A stretch of 64,000 nt of DNA from NCBI RefSeq assembly GCF_000485595.1, contig NW_014577076.1:186001-250000 (forward strand), read 5' to 3'. Source of the DNA: Priapulus caudatus. Taxonomy: Eukaryota. The position numbers were made by a program, and so were the translations under genes. Below the pieces are notes generated by a model. That model saw only the letters and a list, made by a program, of their open reading frames with translations, was not told the DNA's origin and searched no databases. Each line of letters begins with the position of its first letter. Positions within the stretch are counted from its first letter, which is position 1. Of this stretch, positions 13,445-25,470 are shown one piece after another.

Positions 13445-15549
13445 TGTGAGAGTGAGCGCGCGTGAGTGAACACAGCGTAAAATTGCGCAAATCGAGGTAT
13501 AAGTATTCCTGACGCTCTACGTTACAGCGTGGTGTGGTTGTCCCCCGGTGTCAGCAGTAGCTATAGATGGCAGATGGAGGCGGACGTCCGCTTTATGGTC
13601 CGCCATTCCCCTAGGACGGTCCCTTGTATGGGGTACAGTGTGTTATGGGCTGAGTTCACTGAGTTACGCATAGGAATTACGCGCACGCATTCATATTTGT
13701 ATGTTACCTGCGTGTGCTCAATGCGTGGCAATTGTTATATAGCGCCATTGTCGCCGTGCCGTAGAACGCTATTGGCACGTGTATAGATGCGATGAATATT
13801 AATGCCGCTCGCATATTTTGCTCAGAGGACAACATTAATGCGTGAATAGTAGTTATCTGATGTGCATAAAATACGTGGTTCCGTGCAGTATGCGTGGCTA
13901 TTATGTGCTTATTCGCCAGTGCAATACCAAATAGTTATTGAAGAAAAGAACAAGTTGCGCCTTGACCGGACGAGAATGCCATTCAGATGAATTGCTTTGA
14001 TCTGACAATGTTAGTAATAATGGTGTGGTGAGAAGATCAGAGAAATTTGTTCATTGCCGAGTGCAAATATTACGTTTGGTTAGAGATTCTTTCAAATTTG
14101 CACGAGCTTTAAGCTTTTGTTTACCATGATATTGAAATGTACCTGCCTGCTTGCATATAGGTGATGATTTTTTTCTAGTTAATGAGTTGCTAGTTTATAG
14201 TGAGCCATATATATTTATTTATATCTATTTATAGTGGCACGTGAATAGTCATACTAAACCTTTTCAGCAGATCAGAAAAGTGCTCATCGGTTCATTACTG
14301 CTGCTCTAATTACAGCATGCCAATAAACAGGTATCATTATATTTTTAGTTTTCAGTCAGGATATCTGATGTGCGGTCCGCTCCCTTTGTGTACGCTTGCG
14401 TATGTGAACGCTGAATTCTGTGGGCGTCGTGCCGAGGACGCTAAATCATTTATCGCAATAGTATAGCCGCGTAGGTGGATTGTGTCACCTAATGACGGTT
14501 GAGTCATGCCGCGACTGTGTACGTGCTATCATAAAGGCGCCTTGCTGGACTTGGTTCACGTTTTTGGCATCGGTTTATGGCTGCCGTGAGCGTAATGTGT
14601 CACTACAACCAAGTAGATCGCGTCAATCAATTCTCATCAGACGGCGAACGGGTGCACGAGCCTTACATCGGAATTAGCTACAGATATCCAATAGAGAGGA
14701 AAGCCATTCAAATTCAACAGCGGTCCCGTATGTAAGTAATTAATCTCGAAATGACTGTATACTTGTCATTATTTGTAAATGCCAAAAGGGGATATTCCCA
14801 CACACGACATTTTTCAAGTGAATTTAGTTGAGGTTTGCGCCCATTTTTCTTCCCAATATACATAAACATGGGACGGTCTGTTTCTAGCATGCGTTCATTA
14901 CGATCGAAATTCTTATGTATGTTTGTTAATAGCATTTTTAACCGTGGATTATCTGGGAAACACACTGGGATGAAATCTTGCAAAATCGGAACGCTGTTGC
15001 GCCGAATCGTGAGGCAGTATATAATTATATATATATATATATTTCACAAACTGGCGGTCTCCCGGGCAAACGCAAAGGTTGACAGGGTGCGTGACTGATG
15101 ATCAACATTGGAAGGAGTGTACGAGAGTACAGAATGTGCGCTTCCACACAGTATTCGTAAACATCACTTGGCTTACTACATCCAGCTGGAAAACACGCTA
15201 ACGTATAAATATAGAGGGCTGTTTAATAGAATGGCGATGGTGAGGCGTCCCCACGATACAAATATACGTTTCACACCAGTGCCGAGGGGTTGGCCATGAC
15301 CGACCTACCAATCCCGGCGATCAGTGAATCCCGTTATCTCGTCAACAATCAACCCTTTCACTCGGCGTATTCGCATGTGGGTAGACGATCATGCCCGTGC
15401 ATGGCACCAAAGCATGTTAGAAGGTTTAATGACGAAACTAGCACATATAAACCGCGAGGAGATGCACTCTAAACCGGGCCCTAAAACTAACTCTAACCTT
15501 GACATTAACCCAAAATTTAAACTTGGCTCCAATCGCAACCCTACGTTAA

Positions 15550-15907
15550 ATTGACTACGTCACGAATTTTCTATAGTGTATATTTGTAAAAAATTTGTTT
15601 CCATTTTTTTACATTAAAAGTAAGTACTAACAGGATTAAATGTATCGTCAAATTCTTACCTAATAAGATTGTTTCTCAACTACTTAAAAATCCAAAGAAC
15701 CTGGACGATTTGATATTATGATCCTGACATTAATTGCTTGCTATGGACTATGTATGAGTCACGAGAGTATGTTTACATTGAACAATATAGTAAAATAGGA
15801 AGTATAATGCAGCAATTTAATCATAAGAAGTGAACAGAATTACTTACATTTTGTGAAAAAGTGGAAATGTTTTTTTTAGTTTTACTATTTACGGTGACGT
15901 AATCACT
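15550..15907. mobile_element. Kolobok-like non-autonomous DNA transposon
   Basis: TTAA on both sides (15546-15549, 15908-15911) and imperfect TIRs ATTGACTACGTCACG / GGTGACGTAATCACT. The right end recurs, inverted, at 50085-50112. Confidence 0.7.
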
Positions 15908-18345
15908 TTAAAGGATGAAATGATGCATGAGGATATCTCGTTGCACGTTGTCTATCCGATTCGGTTGTGTCATCGATGCTGATACGGCCCCTATACTGTC
16001 TCCCACTCCCCGAATAACGGCCGGTCTCATTTGCACAGCAAAGCGTTAATGGTACAAATGTATTTTATAGCAGCAAACATTACGAAATATATTTCCATTG
16101 AAAATATTTTATTGCCGAGCCTATAAAATGGCGCGCTAATGCAGAATAGTTGCGCGTTCGCGCCGGGTGCGCTCTAGCCCGCAGGCCTATTAGGTGTGTG
16201 CTATACGTGCACACTGAAGCCACCGAACAGGCCTCTGTGTTTTTATGAAGTCAGCCGTAGGGGCTATAATGCGTAGCTGTTTCAGCAGGCCTTTCGCATT
16301 CAATATACGTAACCCTGATAAAAGTGGTCTGCGATATTGCTACGCGAAAGCTTTGGTAGAAAAAAAAGTAAACTCAGCTCCCACGTATAGCGGTGAACTC
16401 TCAGAGGTGAAGTCGCACTGGTTTAGTGGAGCTGTGCACGTCGGGATAGTAGTGATTGGCAAGCTTTCGGTCTAATGTGTATCATATAGGGGGGTTCTGA
16501 CGTTTCCCTTTTCACATTGTGTGGACTTGTGGATATTAAATTTCTCGAGTTTGTCTGTTTGATTACAGAAATTGTATTCGTTCATCTCAAACCTCAAATT
16601 TAATATATAGCATTTTTCCGTGATGCGTTATCATTGATGTGAAATTCGTACTATGAGCTTGTTGCCAACGAGCGTTTCCACTGGGGCCTGAAATTTACCT
16701 ATAGAAGCCTTATCAACTTTTCTCTTAACAAATACACTGATCTACTATGAATCTGCCTCGTAAAATTTATCATTTGCTACGATTATTTAGCAATATTAAC
16801 ACGCGTGTCACTCTTATTGATGCGCCTATAGATGGCGTGACGGCGCTACGTACTACAGAGAAGTAAGGCGATGACCTTCGCTGCTCAACTGTTATCATCA
16901 CTTCACAGTAATGGGCGGAGGATCAGTATTATCACTTACTGTGGCAGCATCTTATAATCCATACTTGGTCCGTGATGAGGTCGTCCTATATCAAGTATGC
17001 GTTCTAAGCGGCACGGCGGCGATGATATCATTCGGTTGACATAAATATTATGCGAGTCATTGACGACCGTTTGTGGACGTTGATAGAGACCATGTGTTTT
17101 GCGAGGTAACACTAAGTCGCAGAGACAACTGCGCGTAACTGCGTGCTTTATCACTGACTGCCAGGTCACCTCATAAGCCATGTATGATTTGCGAAGAGGT
17201 TGTCCGACGAGTCTGCTTACAAAGGGAATGATGCCAACCGTATCATTCGATTGAACAGAACATTACAAGAATCATGCGATGTACGATATGTAGCATGTAT
17301 TATAAATACTGGTTAAAGCTGAGTCGCAATGACAACTGCGCATAGCTAAATGATTTGCACGACCTTGGCCAATGTTTTTGCCTCCCTGTAGGAGAGACCT
17401 AGGAGTATCTAGGACCAACGGCTTGTTGTAAACCGGAGAACCGTCGTTTCCTAATCGCCGTCCCCACTGATTCCTATAATGTACTGGTATTCCAATTTCT
17501 TTAGAATCAGATGCGAATTGTATTTCTGGTGCAGGATTTCGACAAAAAAAATTATTATAGCAGCAAATTTCTCGCTGGGTGGAAATTGTCTATCGACTAA
17601 CCCATTTTACGGACACCCGGAGAAATCGTAAAGTTCTAGTATCGCAGTTGTGCATACGATTGCTTGTGTAGGGAAGTATTATTACATCAGCGTGGCTACT
17701 CCATGCGTGGTACCATTTAAACGGTGCCCTGCAGGGAAATTGCGTTTTCCCCTTTGGCTCTACCAAAGGTTTTCGAGATTCCCCTCAGAGTGTTCAAATT
17801 TTAAGATTGAAGAGTGAATTAGGCGCGTTTTTTCTATTTTACACAATTCGCTTTGGAACCTCACAGTATTCCCTAGCATGAATAGCCCATTCTTCATCTG
17901 ATTACGCATAAGAATTGAACCGGATTAATGGGAGTATGCCTGCTAACCATGCAGTAAAGATGTACAGAATAATCTCAGAGGAAAGAATAAGTTAAAGTTT
18001 ATAACATCAGAGATATATTAGTTGTCACTGATGGATAGAAGGATTGACCTATCCTTTAGTTTAAAGTCAGACAGTAAATTTCAATGATGCACCCCTCTGA
18101 ATTCCTCTCCTAGCATTTCATCTCTCTTATAACATCCCCTCTCTGGCCCTGTGTTGGTGCGTGCTTGTGCACGTGCATTTGGGTGTGTGGAAGAAGGGGG
18201 GGGGGGCAAGAATTCGTGCATGTGTATGTGAATGTAGGGGCGTTCGTTTTGGACAATTGCTGTTTACCTATCTCTCTATTACTCTGGTAATCGCGCGATC
18301 ACTCTTTCTTTCTGTCTCTCCCTCTCCCTCTTCCTCTCCGTCTCC

Positions 18346-18407
<62 letters not shown>

Positions 18408-19034
18408 GTCTGTCTCTCAGTATCTCTCCCTCTCTTGATTACCATCCCCATTGTCACCTCTTTCTCTCTCGCTCTACGCCATTATCTCCTCGCCCTTCTT
18501 TCATTTTCGTTCTCTCCCTACTGAGGTAGACGCGATTTCCTTGCAACTGGAGCCCAAGCATCTCCGACGCAAGAATTCATTTCCCTGGCCAATCCTTAAG
18601 AGCATCGATCATTCGTTCGCTCGCACCACACTGAGCATGGAAGTGAAACAGTCTCTGGCAGAAAGATGGGTGGTCGATGTTTTCGCACCAGCGGAGGAGA
18701 CTGGTGAGAGTTTCTCGTGCGGACACACGGAGCGCCATCGATTTCTCGATATTCTGTCGACACGTTGACGTTTATCTAATTTTCCTGCGTCACTGATTTT
18801 ATCAATAAGGGAGGCCACGGAGTTATGGCCTAGCGATCGTGGACATTAATGTTGGGCTTCCTGGCGCTGCGGTATTCGCGCGTGCACGAGCTCTGTGTGT
18901 GCATGAATGCTTAGGTTCTACTGACGGTTAGTTCATGGGAAGAGCGCTTGCCGGGCCAGGGAATCTGCGTAATATCCGCATAGGAAATAATAGTGAAAAT
19001 CTCTGATGATGCTACCTACAATACGTAGTTGCTA

Positions 19035-19035
<1 letters not shown>

Positions 19036-19091
<56 letters not shown>

Positions 19092-19185
19092 TGCTGTAGC
19101 TGTGCGTGCGGTGCGTGCGTGCCGCTGCGTGCGGGTGCGTGCGTGCGTGGCGTGCGTGCGTTGCGTGCGTGGCGTGCCGTGCGTG

Positions 19186-19220
<35 letters not shown>

Positions 19221-19248
19221 TCGTGCCGTGGCGTGGCGTGCTGTGTGT
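19036..19248. repeat. (GT)n/(GCGT)n microsatellite
   Basis: Read directly. Confidence 0.95.
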
Positions 19249-19343
19249 TTTTCAAATGCATGTCTGCATTTATTGTTTTTTCGTGCATAGAGTGGTGATT
19301 TGGTCGCTAGGGTATACACTGTTTACATATCAGTAGTAGGTCT

Positions 19344-19574
19344 CAGGGGAGAGATAGTGATCAGAAGTTGTGGATATAGAAATCAGTTAACCATAACCCT
19401 AACCCTAATCCTAATCCTAACCCTACCCTAACCGTAACCCTATCCCTAATTCTAAAATAAAACAAAATTAGCCAAAATAATAAAAAAATAAAATAAACAA
19501 GAGACAAAATTAGCCACAGAGCCGTTTTTGTTAGCGCTTAACGCGCCCTCTAGCGGATCACTATCTCTCCCCTG
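19344..19574. mobile_element. MITE with 19-bp TIR and internal degenerate (CCCTAA)n
   Basis: Perfect inverted ends CAGGGGAGAGATAGTGATC ... GATCACTATCTCTCCCCTG; telomere-like repeats at ~19390-19455; no TSD seen. Confidence 0.8.
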
Positions 19575-19840
19575 TGCAAAATTCTTTACATATTATATGG
19601 GGAGTATAGTGGCTTCATGTTTTAGATTTAAACGAGTTTACATCGGATTTTAATTTAGTATTTGACATTTCGATTTTGACATTTGTGGGATTCTAACTGA
19701 CGCACTGATTTGCCTACAAACAAAATCTTTAATTCTAGGCATTGATTGTATGAATTTATGATTTCCGTATGATTGGTCTGTAGTGCCATCGTAATGATGG
19801 TCATTTCCATTACATCATTGAGGTATGGTAATCATACCTG

Positions 19841-20240
19841 TTTTTAGCTCAGCTGACGAAGTCAGATGCAGCGTGTAGAATCGCATAAGCGTCCGTCCGT
19901 CCGTCTGTCCCTGCTAGCTTCCAACCGTGCGTGCGCCCGTCAACAGTTGGGCACAAATCTTAACCGCTCGACGTACGGTCTTGTATATCGGGACGCGTCG
20001 GGGGATCGCGAAAAGAGCTCGGATGTCGAATTTGGGGGGTCAATGGTCAAAGGTCAAGATGTGTCAATGAGGGGGAATATTTCCCCCTTAACTTAAGGTA
20101 TAGGAGGAATACGGAATTGCGGCACAAATCTCAACGGCCTCGACACCTACGCTCTTAATATTCGATGTATAGTCATTAGTGTGATGGGAGGAAACCCATC
20201 ACCAGTGCGAAATTGGAGGTCACAGGTCAAGGGCAGTTGG
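19841..20240 (+). mobile_element. Helentron-associated non-autonomous element (HINE/DINE-1-like), 5' portion
   Basis: Starts TTTTTAGCTCAGCTGAC-GAA-GTCAG (small hairpin), then (GTCC)n, then two internal units ending GGTCAAAGGTCAAG / GGTCACAGGTCAAGG. The 3' boundary is uncertain. Confidence 0.65.
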
Positions 20241-20809
20241 AAAGGCAGATTATCAGACATTTTTGAGCGAATGGTCTATAACGGACGAAGTGCAAAACTT
20301 TTAGAGAAGGTGTGCTGATACACCTTTTGCCCTCAATAGGTGAGGGTTAAACATGGATTTGTTGACTGTTAACAAAGGACTGAAACTGCTTTTGTTATTA
20401 GACCTCCACTCTCCCTCCCCCCCCACAACCTCCCCTCCGCCTCCCCCCCTCCACTCACCTCCTCACTCCACCACATATCTACTACCTCACGGCTCGAAAC
20501 GAATATGCCTGATTAACATGTTAATATAGTGAAGTCATTCAAGTTTCACGAGGTGTCTCTTTAATTACTTGTACGACCGGTATGCAAAGCTAGTTCATGA
20601 TTTGAGATCGTGTATAGTAGTATGCTAGATATATGCCTGAGCGCGAACGCGGTGGCGGGAGCGCCCTTGATTGCGGATTGCACAGTGAGGTTTATCAGAA
20701 GAATACCCGGCTTACAAGTAACGTCAGTGAGGCGCTGGTCGCTCTGCGGCATTGTTTATTTTTATTTTCGCGTCGACCAAGCGGTTGGCATGATGACATG
20801 TGGTGTATG

Positions 20810-21553
20810 CAGGAGGGGGCGTACGTGAGGGTCGTACGACCCCCCAAAAATTTTATAAAGGTCCACATTTTTTCAAAAGGGACAGTTTAGTTGCGAGGGC
20901 CTTTTTACACTGACATAAGATGAATAAGATCAGTACCAGCAATGAGTCAAAACATTGCCAATGCCCCCCCCCCCCCCCCCCCCCCCCCCCCGCCCCCCCC
21001 CCCCCCCCCCCCCTGACGTAAATCTATCCCAATTCCAGCCAATTCTTGAAACTGAGCCTTTTTTTTAACAAATGTTTGGTTCATAAAAGAGAGACAAAGA
21101 CTGACAAGACAAAGACAAGACCAGATTAAAGACAAAAGTTCAAGAAAACGTCTGTTTTCAACTGAATCAGAAACTTGTTTTTTTAAACTGATAAATTGTT
21201 TTTTGAAAACAAATTGTCTTGGGTTTTAATTTAAATTGCAGGGCGTGTTTACAGGCGTGGCCAGGGGTCGCGGAGTTTGGTTCTCTGCCCCCCTGCTCGC
21301 GCAGAAAACGCATCTAAGGAGGGTCTAATTTCAAAATTTTCTGGGAGGCCCCCAGACCCCCCCCCCCTTCGCGTGCTTTACCAAGTTTGGGTTACGGTTA
21401 GGGACCCCCCCCCCTGTACAAATCCTGTAAGCACGCCCCTGTTTGTATCGACATGTGTAAACACATCGTGCTGCTATTGCGTTGTGAAAAGGCGGCCGCT
21501 TCCAAAAAATTATATCACGAACCCACCCAGAAAAAATCCTGGATACACCCCTG
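20810..21553. mobile_element. Cluster of CAGGGG-ended (hAT-like) MITE fragments
   Basis: Left end CAGGAGGGGGCGTACG, right end TCCTGGATACACCCCTG, with poly-C/G tracts; no TSD resolved. Confidence 0.45.
21239..21441. mobile_element. hAT-like MITE
   Basis: Near-perfect TIRs CAGGGCGTGTTTACAGG ... CCTGTAAGCACGCCCCTG; no TSD seen. Confidence 0.7.
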
Positions 21554-21599
21554 GATGATGCTTCCTTGAGTCGGGAACATTTGTTCTTTACAATGCTAT

Positions 21600-21827
21600 A
21601 CTAGTCCGCCGTCTTCCGGGCCGGCTATTTTTATCGTGACACCATCACTTGCCACTTGCCACACTCTATCTCTGTTTGCTAAATGCTAAGCAGACAAGCC
21701 GTGTGTACCATTTTTCTTTCCAATTTTTCTTTACCATCTTTCCAAGTCTTTGGTATGACCCGGTCGGGAGAACCCCCGACCTTCCAAATGCGAGGCGAGC
21801 ACTCTACCATTGAGCCATCGCTGTGGT
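21600..21827 (-). mobile_element. tRNA-derived SINE, possibly with a Meta-type core
   Basis: Minus strand: A-box TGGCTCAATGGTAGAG (plus 21802-21817), eroded B-box GGTTCTCCC, then GGGTCATACCAAAGACTT...AAAAATGGTAC...CTGCTTAGCATTTAGCA, which resembles the MetaSINE core as I recall it. The 3' limit is approximate. Confidence 0.7.
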
Positions 21828-21867
21828 GCATAAATCCTACCTGATTAGGCATTAATAGATCTGCAAA

Positions 21868-21954
21868 GCTCGATTTTTGCACGCCCGAGATTCCCTTGTT
21901 TGGATCTTTAACTACATTAAAAAGTTTCAGCTGGAGATTTTGTTTGTAATCGGG

Positions 21955-21988
<34 letters not shown>

Positions 21989-22055
21989 AAATTAACAAAA
22001 TTAACAAAATTCTGGATAACGAATCGAGATCGGAATTAATTTATATAAAAATCGA
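21868..22055. repeat. Interstitial (TTAGGG)n patch, probably within a degenerate MITE
   Basis: About 6 TTAGGG-like units at 21952-21988, bounded by short inverted TCGATTTTT / AAAAATCGA. Confidence 0.5.
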
Positions 22056-22982
22056 CAAGCACAACATTGCCCGTGATTGCCCCTCATTTTCGACCTATAC
22101 GTTATGTAGGGCTCTGTGCTTGTCTACGTAACCTGTAGCACGATGTATTACATAGAAATTCTGAATAGGTTTTGCATCCGCCAATAAGTCCATGTTTTCA
22201 GTCCTCGCGGCTGTAGTGTTAAGAACATTATCCAAAATTACTTTTCATTACGTGCGACGTTAATTACTATAATAAACGGCAAATTACTCATTTACGTGAA
22301 CACATGTTTTCTGTGCGGAGAATGCAGGTTCTCTCGATTTTCTCAGAGTCGAGCACAACGACGTCACAATGTTTATGTTCTCGCAACAATTGATGGTGCC
22401 TAGGATTAAATAAAGATTGATTAATTAATTAACTGCAATTTTATTATAATTATATGCATCTTGGTGTTGTTCTCGCGCCGTCTTTCGCGGCAGTGATCTA
22501 TTGTTGACGTAATACGTTAATAATGACCACACGTGCATGTCAGCTAGCAGTGGGGCAGGTATACTAATCAATGAAACTCTCTGCTACCTACTGTAGGAGG
22601 AACTTTAACGTTAGGGTTCAGCTGATGAACTGTTCATTTAGGTAAGGACCAATTTAATATTAATGTGAACATTACAAATTTATTCATGACGACTTCAAAT
22701 TTTCCTTTATCGTAAACATGTCACCCATCCGTCTAGAGATTGAGAAAAACTGGTCATCGAACGAACTTATCGTTCTTATAACTGAATCTTGCACGTCACT
22801 TGCGTTTCTAGAGTATTATCTATACTCAAGCAGACAGTGCTTTGATGTACTAGGCAGGTAATTAGGCTTGGTAGCCGCGCCATGTCTGACTCAGTGACCA
22901 GGCTTCCTCTGGTGTAGCCATGAGTAACCGAGACGCTAATGACTGCGTGTGGCGAGCCGCCGGTCACAAGCAGGACACGAAC

Positions 22983-23064
22983 TAGCACTAGTACTATAGC
23001 CCTTCGCTCCGCCGCAGGGCGAGAGAGCCGTGCGGCGGAGCGAAGGGCTGTAGTACTAGAGCTA
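22983..23064. mobile_element. 82-bp hairpin transposon with 9-bp TSD (AcademH-like non-autonomous)
   Basis: 34-bp arms with 2 mismatches, TAG...CTA ends, and GACACGAAC duplicated at 22974-22982 and 23065-23073. Confidence 0.85.
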
Positions 23065-23229
23065 GACACGAACGAGCTGGCTGGCTACTAGCATCAACAA
23101 CTCACGATTACATCCCACGACGGATGGCTTATATCGCCTCTCTTATACGCGCACGTCGTTTCTCACCCCGAAGGCGTTATCGTGAATTACCGCTGTACGG
23201 TATTACGCTGTTACGTATTTACCGCTGTA

Positions 23230-23617
23230 CCGTAGAGTTTGGACGCTCGCCCGAAACTGGACGCTCCTAAGTGCGCATGCGCGCAGGCGCCTCTTGTTTT
23301 GCAAGGGCGCATGCGCAGTAGTCATCTGCGCATCTCGCCCATCGAAAACGGTCGCAATAAACAAACATGGGGGCCAACCCGGTCACTCATGGAAACATTT
23401 GATTGAAACAATTTGCAATGTAGTAAGTTAGTAAGACTGTGTTATGTATGTCAGGTTACAAGGCGAAACAAAAAGAAAACAAAAGAGCATGGCTACTATT
23501 TTCTACGGCCCTGCAAAACAAGATTCAAACAAAAAGAAAACAAGAGAAAAACAAAAGAGCATGCGCGCGTGCGCACTTAGGAGCGTCCAGTTTCGGGCGA
23601 GCGTCCAAACTCTACGG
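23230..23617. mobile_element. Tc1/mariner(pogo)-type MITE, 388 bp
   Basis: Perfect 48-bp TIR CCGTAGAGTTTGGACGCTCGCCCGAAACTGGACGCTCCTAAGTGCGCA; TA on the left, GA (probably mutated TA) on the right. Confidence 0.9.
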
Positions 23618-24593
23618 GACACCTGTATACGAGCTTATTTTGAGAGAAAAAACCACAGCACGAACTCATTGGCCATCGGCCTTCGCTGCTGTTACGATGG
23701 TGGTGGCCCCGCTGCGCCATAACACCGCCATGTTATTATCACGGATACGCTATATGCTCAGCGATTCGTACGCGATTCTCACGTATGCTCAAGTAATAGG
23801 ATTTGTTGTACAAAGTTCCGAACGACGGCCGCTAATAAACTGTCAATTCAATGCGAGATCAATTCAATGTTGGTAGCAGGGTAACTGCATGAAAATTCAC
23901 GTACTTAATTCGAACAAATCAAATATAATGTGGCAATGGAATGCTTTTCTCTAGTTTGCGAGATTTTGAATTTTTGCAGTGGTTAATCGAGTAACGCATC
24001 GCACTCCGTCAGACTTCGACAATAATTATTATTCGCCATATTCAGTTTATTTAGAGCTGACGTGTGGAAGTGCCTTACCCATGCACCATGTACACAGTGT
24101 GTCACGTCAAGCTTCACAACAATCTTCTATCTTTCTCCAACCTGCTATACATAGTCCACTGTTAAAATATACACCTATATGCGTAACCTTTCAATATCTC
24201 TGCACCTATATCCTTTCCACCTAAAACCGGCTTGATTAGTCTTATAGTTTCTCATATTTACTCAATTAGTGTGTACAGTCGTCGTTCATATATCACAATA
24301 AACACGGAAGCATTGATTGCAATTAGTGAACTAGCGAGTATTGTTTTGACACCTCGCGATATTCTCACGGCACATGCGGTGTGTAGGTAACTAGACGTTT
24401 ACGGTCCATTGTAAAATTTATTTAGGTTATATAATTGTATGCATGTGTTCGCGAGAACGTTTGCACATAATAGTGGCCACGGTTCATAGAATTAGTATTC
24501 AACTTGACTGCCCCTCGACTTGTGAACTTGTGATTTTCCTGCCCTGCCCTAGGGGGACGGAGTTTTATTCAATAAGTATGTTGTGGACGGAGA

Positions 24594-24607
24594 TAGAGAG
24601 AGAGAGA

Positions 24608-24664
<57 letters not shown>

Positions 24665-24720
24665 AGAGTGAGAGAGAGAGCGAGAAGGAGGGAGAGCGCG
24701 CCCGAGAAGGAGAGAGAGAG
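24594..24720. repeat. (GA)n microsatellite
   Basis: Read directly. Confidence 0.95.
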
Positions 24721-25437
24721 AACTTCTCACATGCAACCATATACTACAATTTATACCCGGTACAGGCGTTTATCAGTGACATCACAGCCCTAGCAGACTA
24801 AATTACCACATACCACAGGGTGGCTAGTTAATGAGACGTTGCATCACAAAGACGGAGAAGGGGGCTGAGTCAATAAAAATGCAGTTATTATGACTAGCCT
24901 GTAGAATAAGATTGCATGTTTACAATATTGCATCGGGAGGCAGTTAGGAAAACTAGGGGGATCGTTGAGACACTGGTGGTAATTGAGACAGGGACACTGA
25001 GGCTAGGGAATCGCAGAGACACGGGGGGTCATTGAGACAAGAGTCATTGCGACACCGGAGCCGTAATTAAAAGGAACGCATTGAAGGCTTCTTTTGCATA
25101 ATTGTAATGCTTTGCGTTAATATAGAGACGTCGTTGAAGCTTGCGTGAGTCAATGACAAAGTCGCTGTTCTATACTAGCCTCGCGGTGTGCTTGCAAACA
25201 ATGAACAAGACGCGCGAGACGATGCACTGCTGCACGCAGTATACCGCGTGTAAGAATAATGTCGATGGAAGAGCACGGCGCAGGCTGCATTGCTGCTCTC
25301 GGTGCATAAACTAAGGTGAAATGGCAATTAGGCTGTCTCGATCAGGAGCAGCGTCTGGCAATGTGTCACATAGAGGCGACACGCGACCCATACGTCACCG
25401 TATAAGATCAGGTGTTTTCCCTGAAGGCTGCCTAGTG

Positions 25438-25469
<32 letters not shown>

Positions 25470-25470
<1 letters not shown>

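Noticed and set aside
21952..21988. Chromosome end or telomere fusion
   Set aside because: Only a few repeat units; similar tracts elsewhere in the window sit inside TIR elements.
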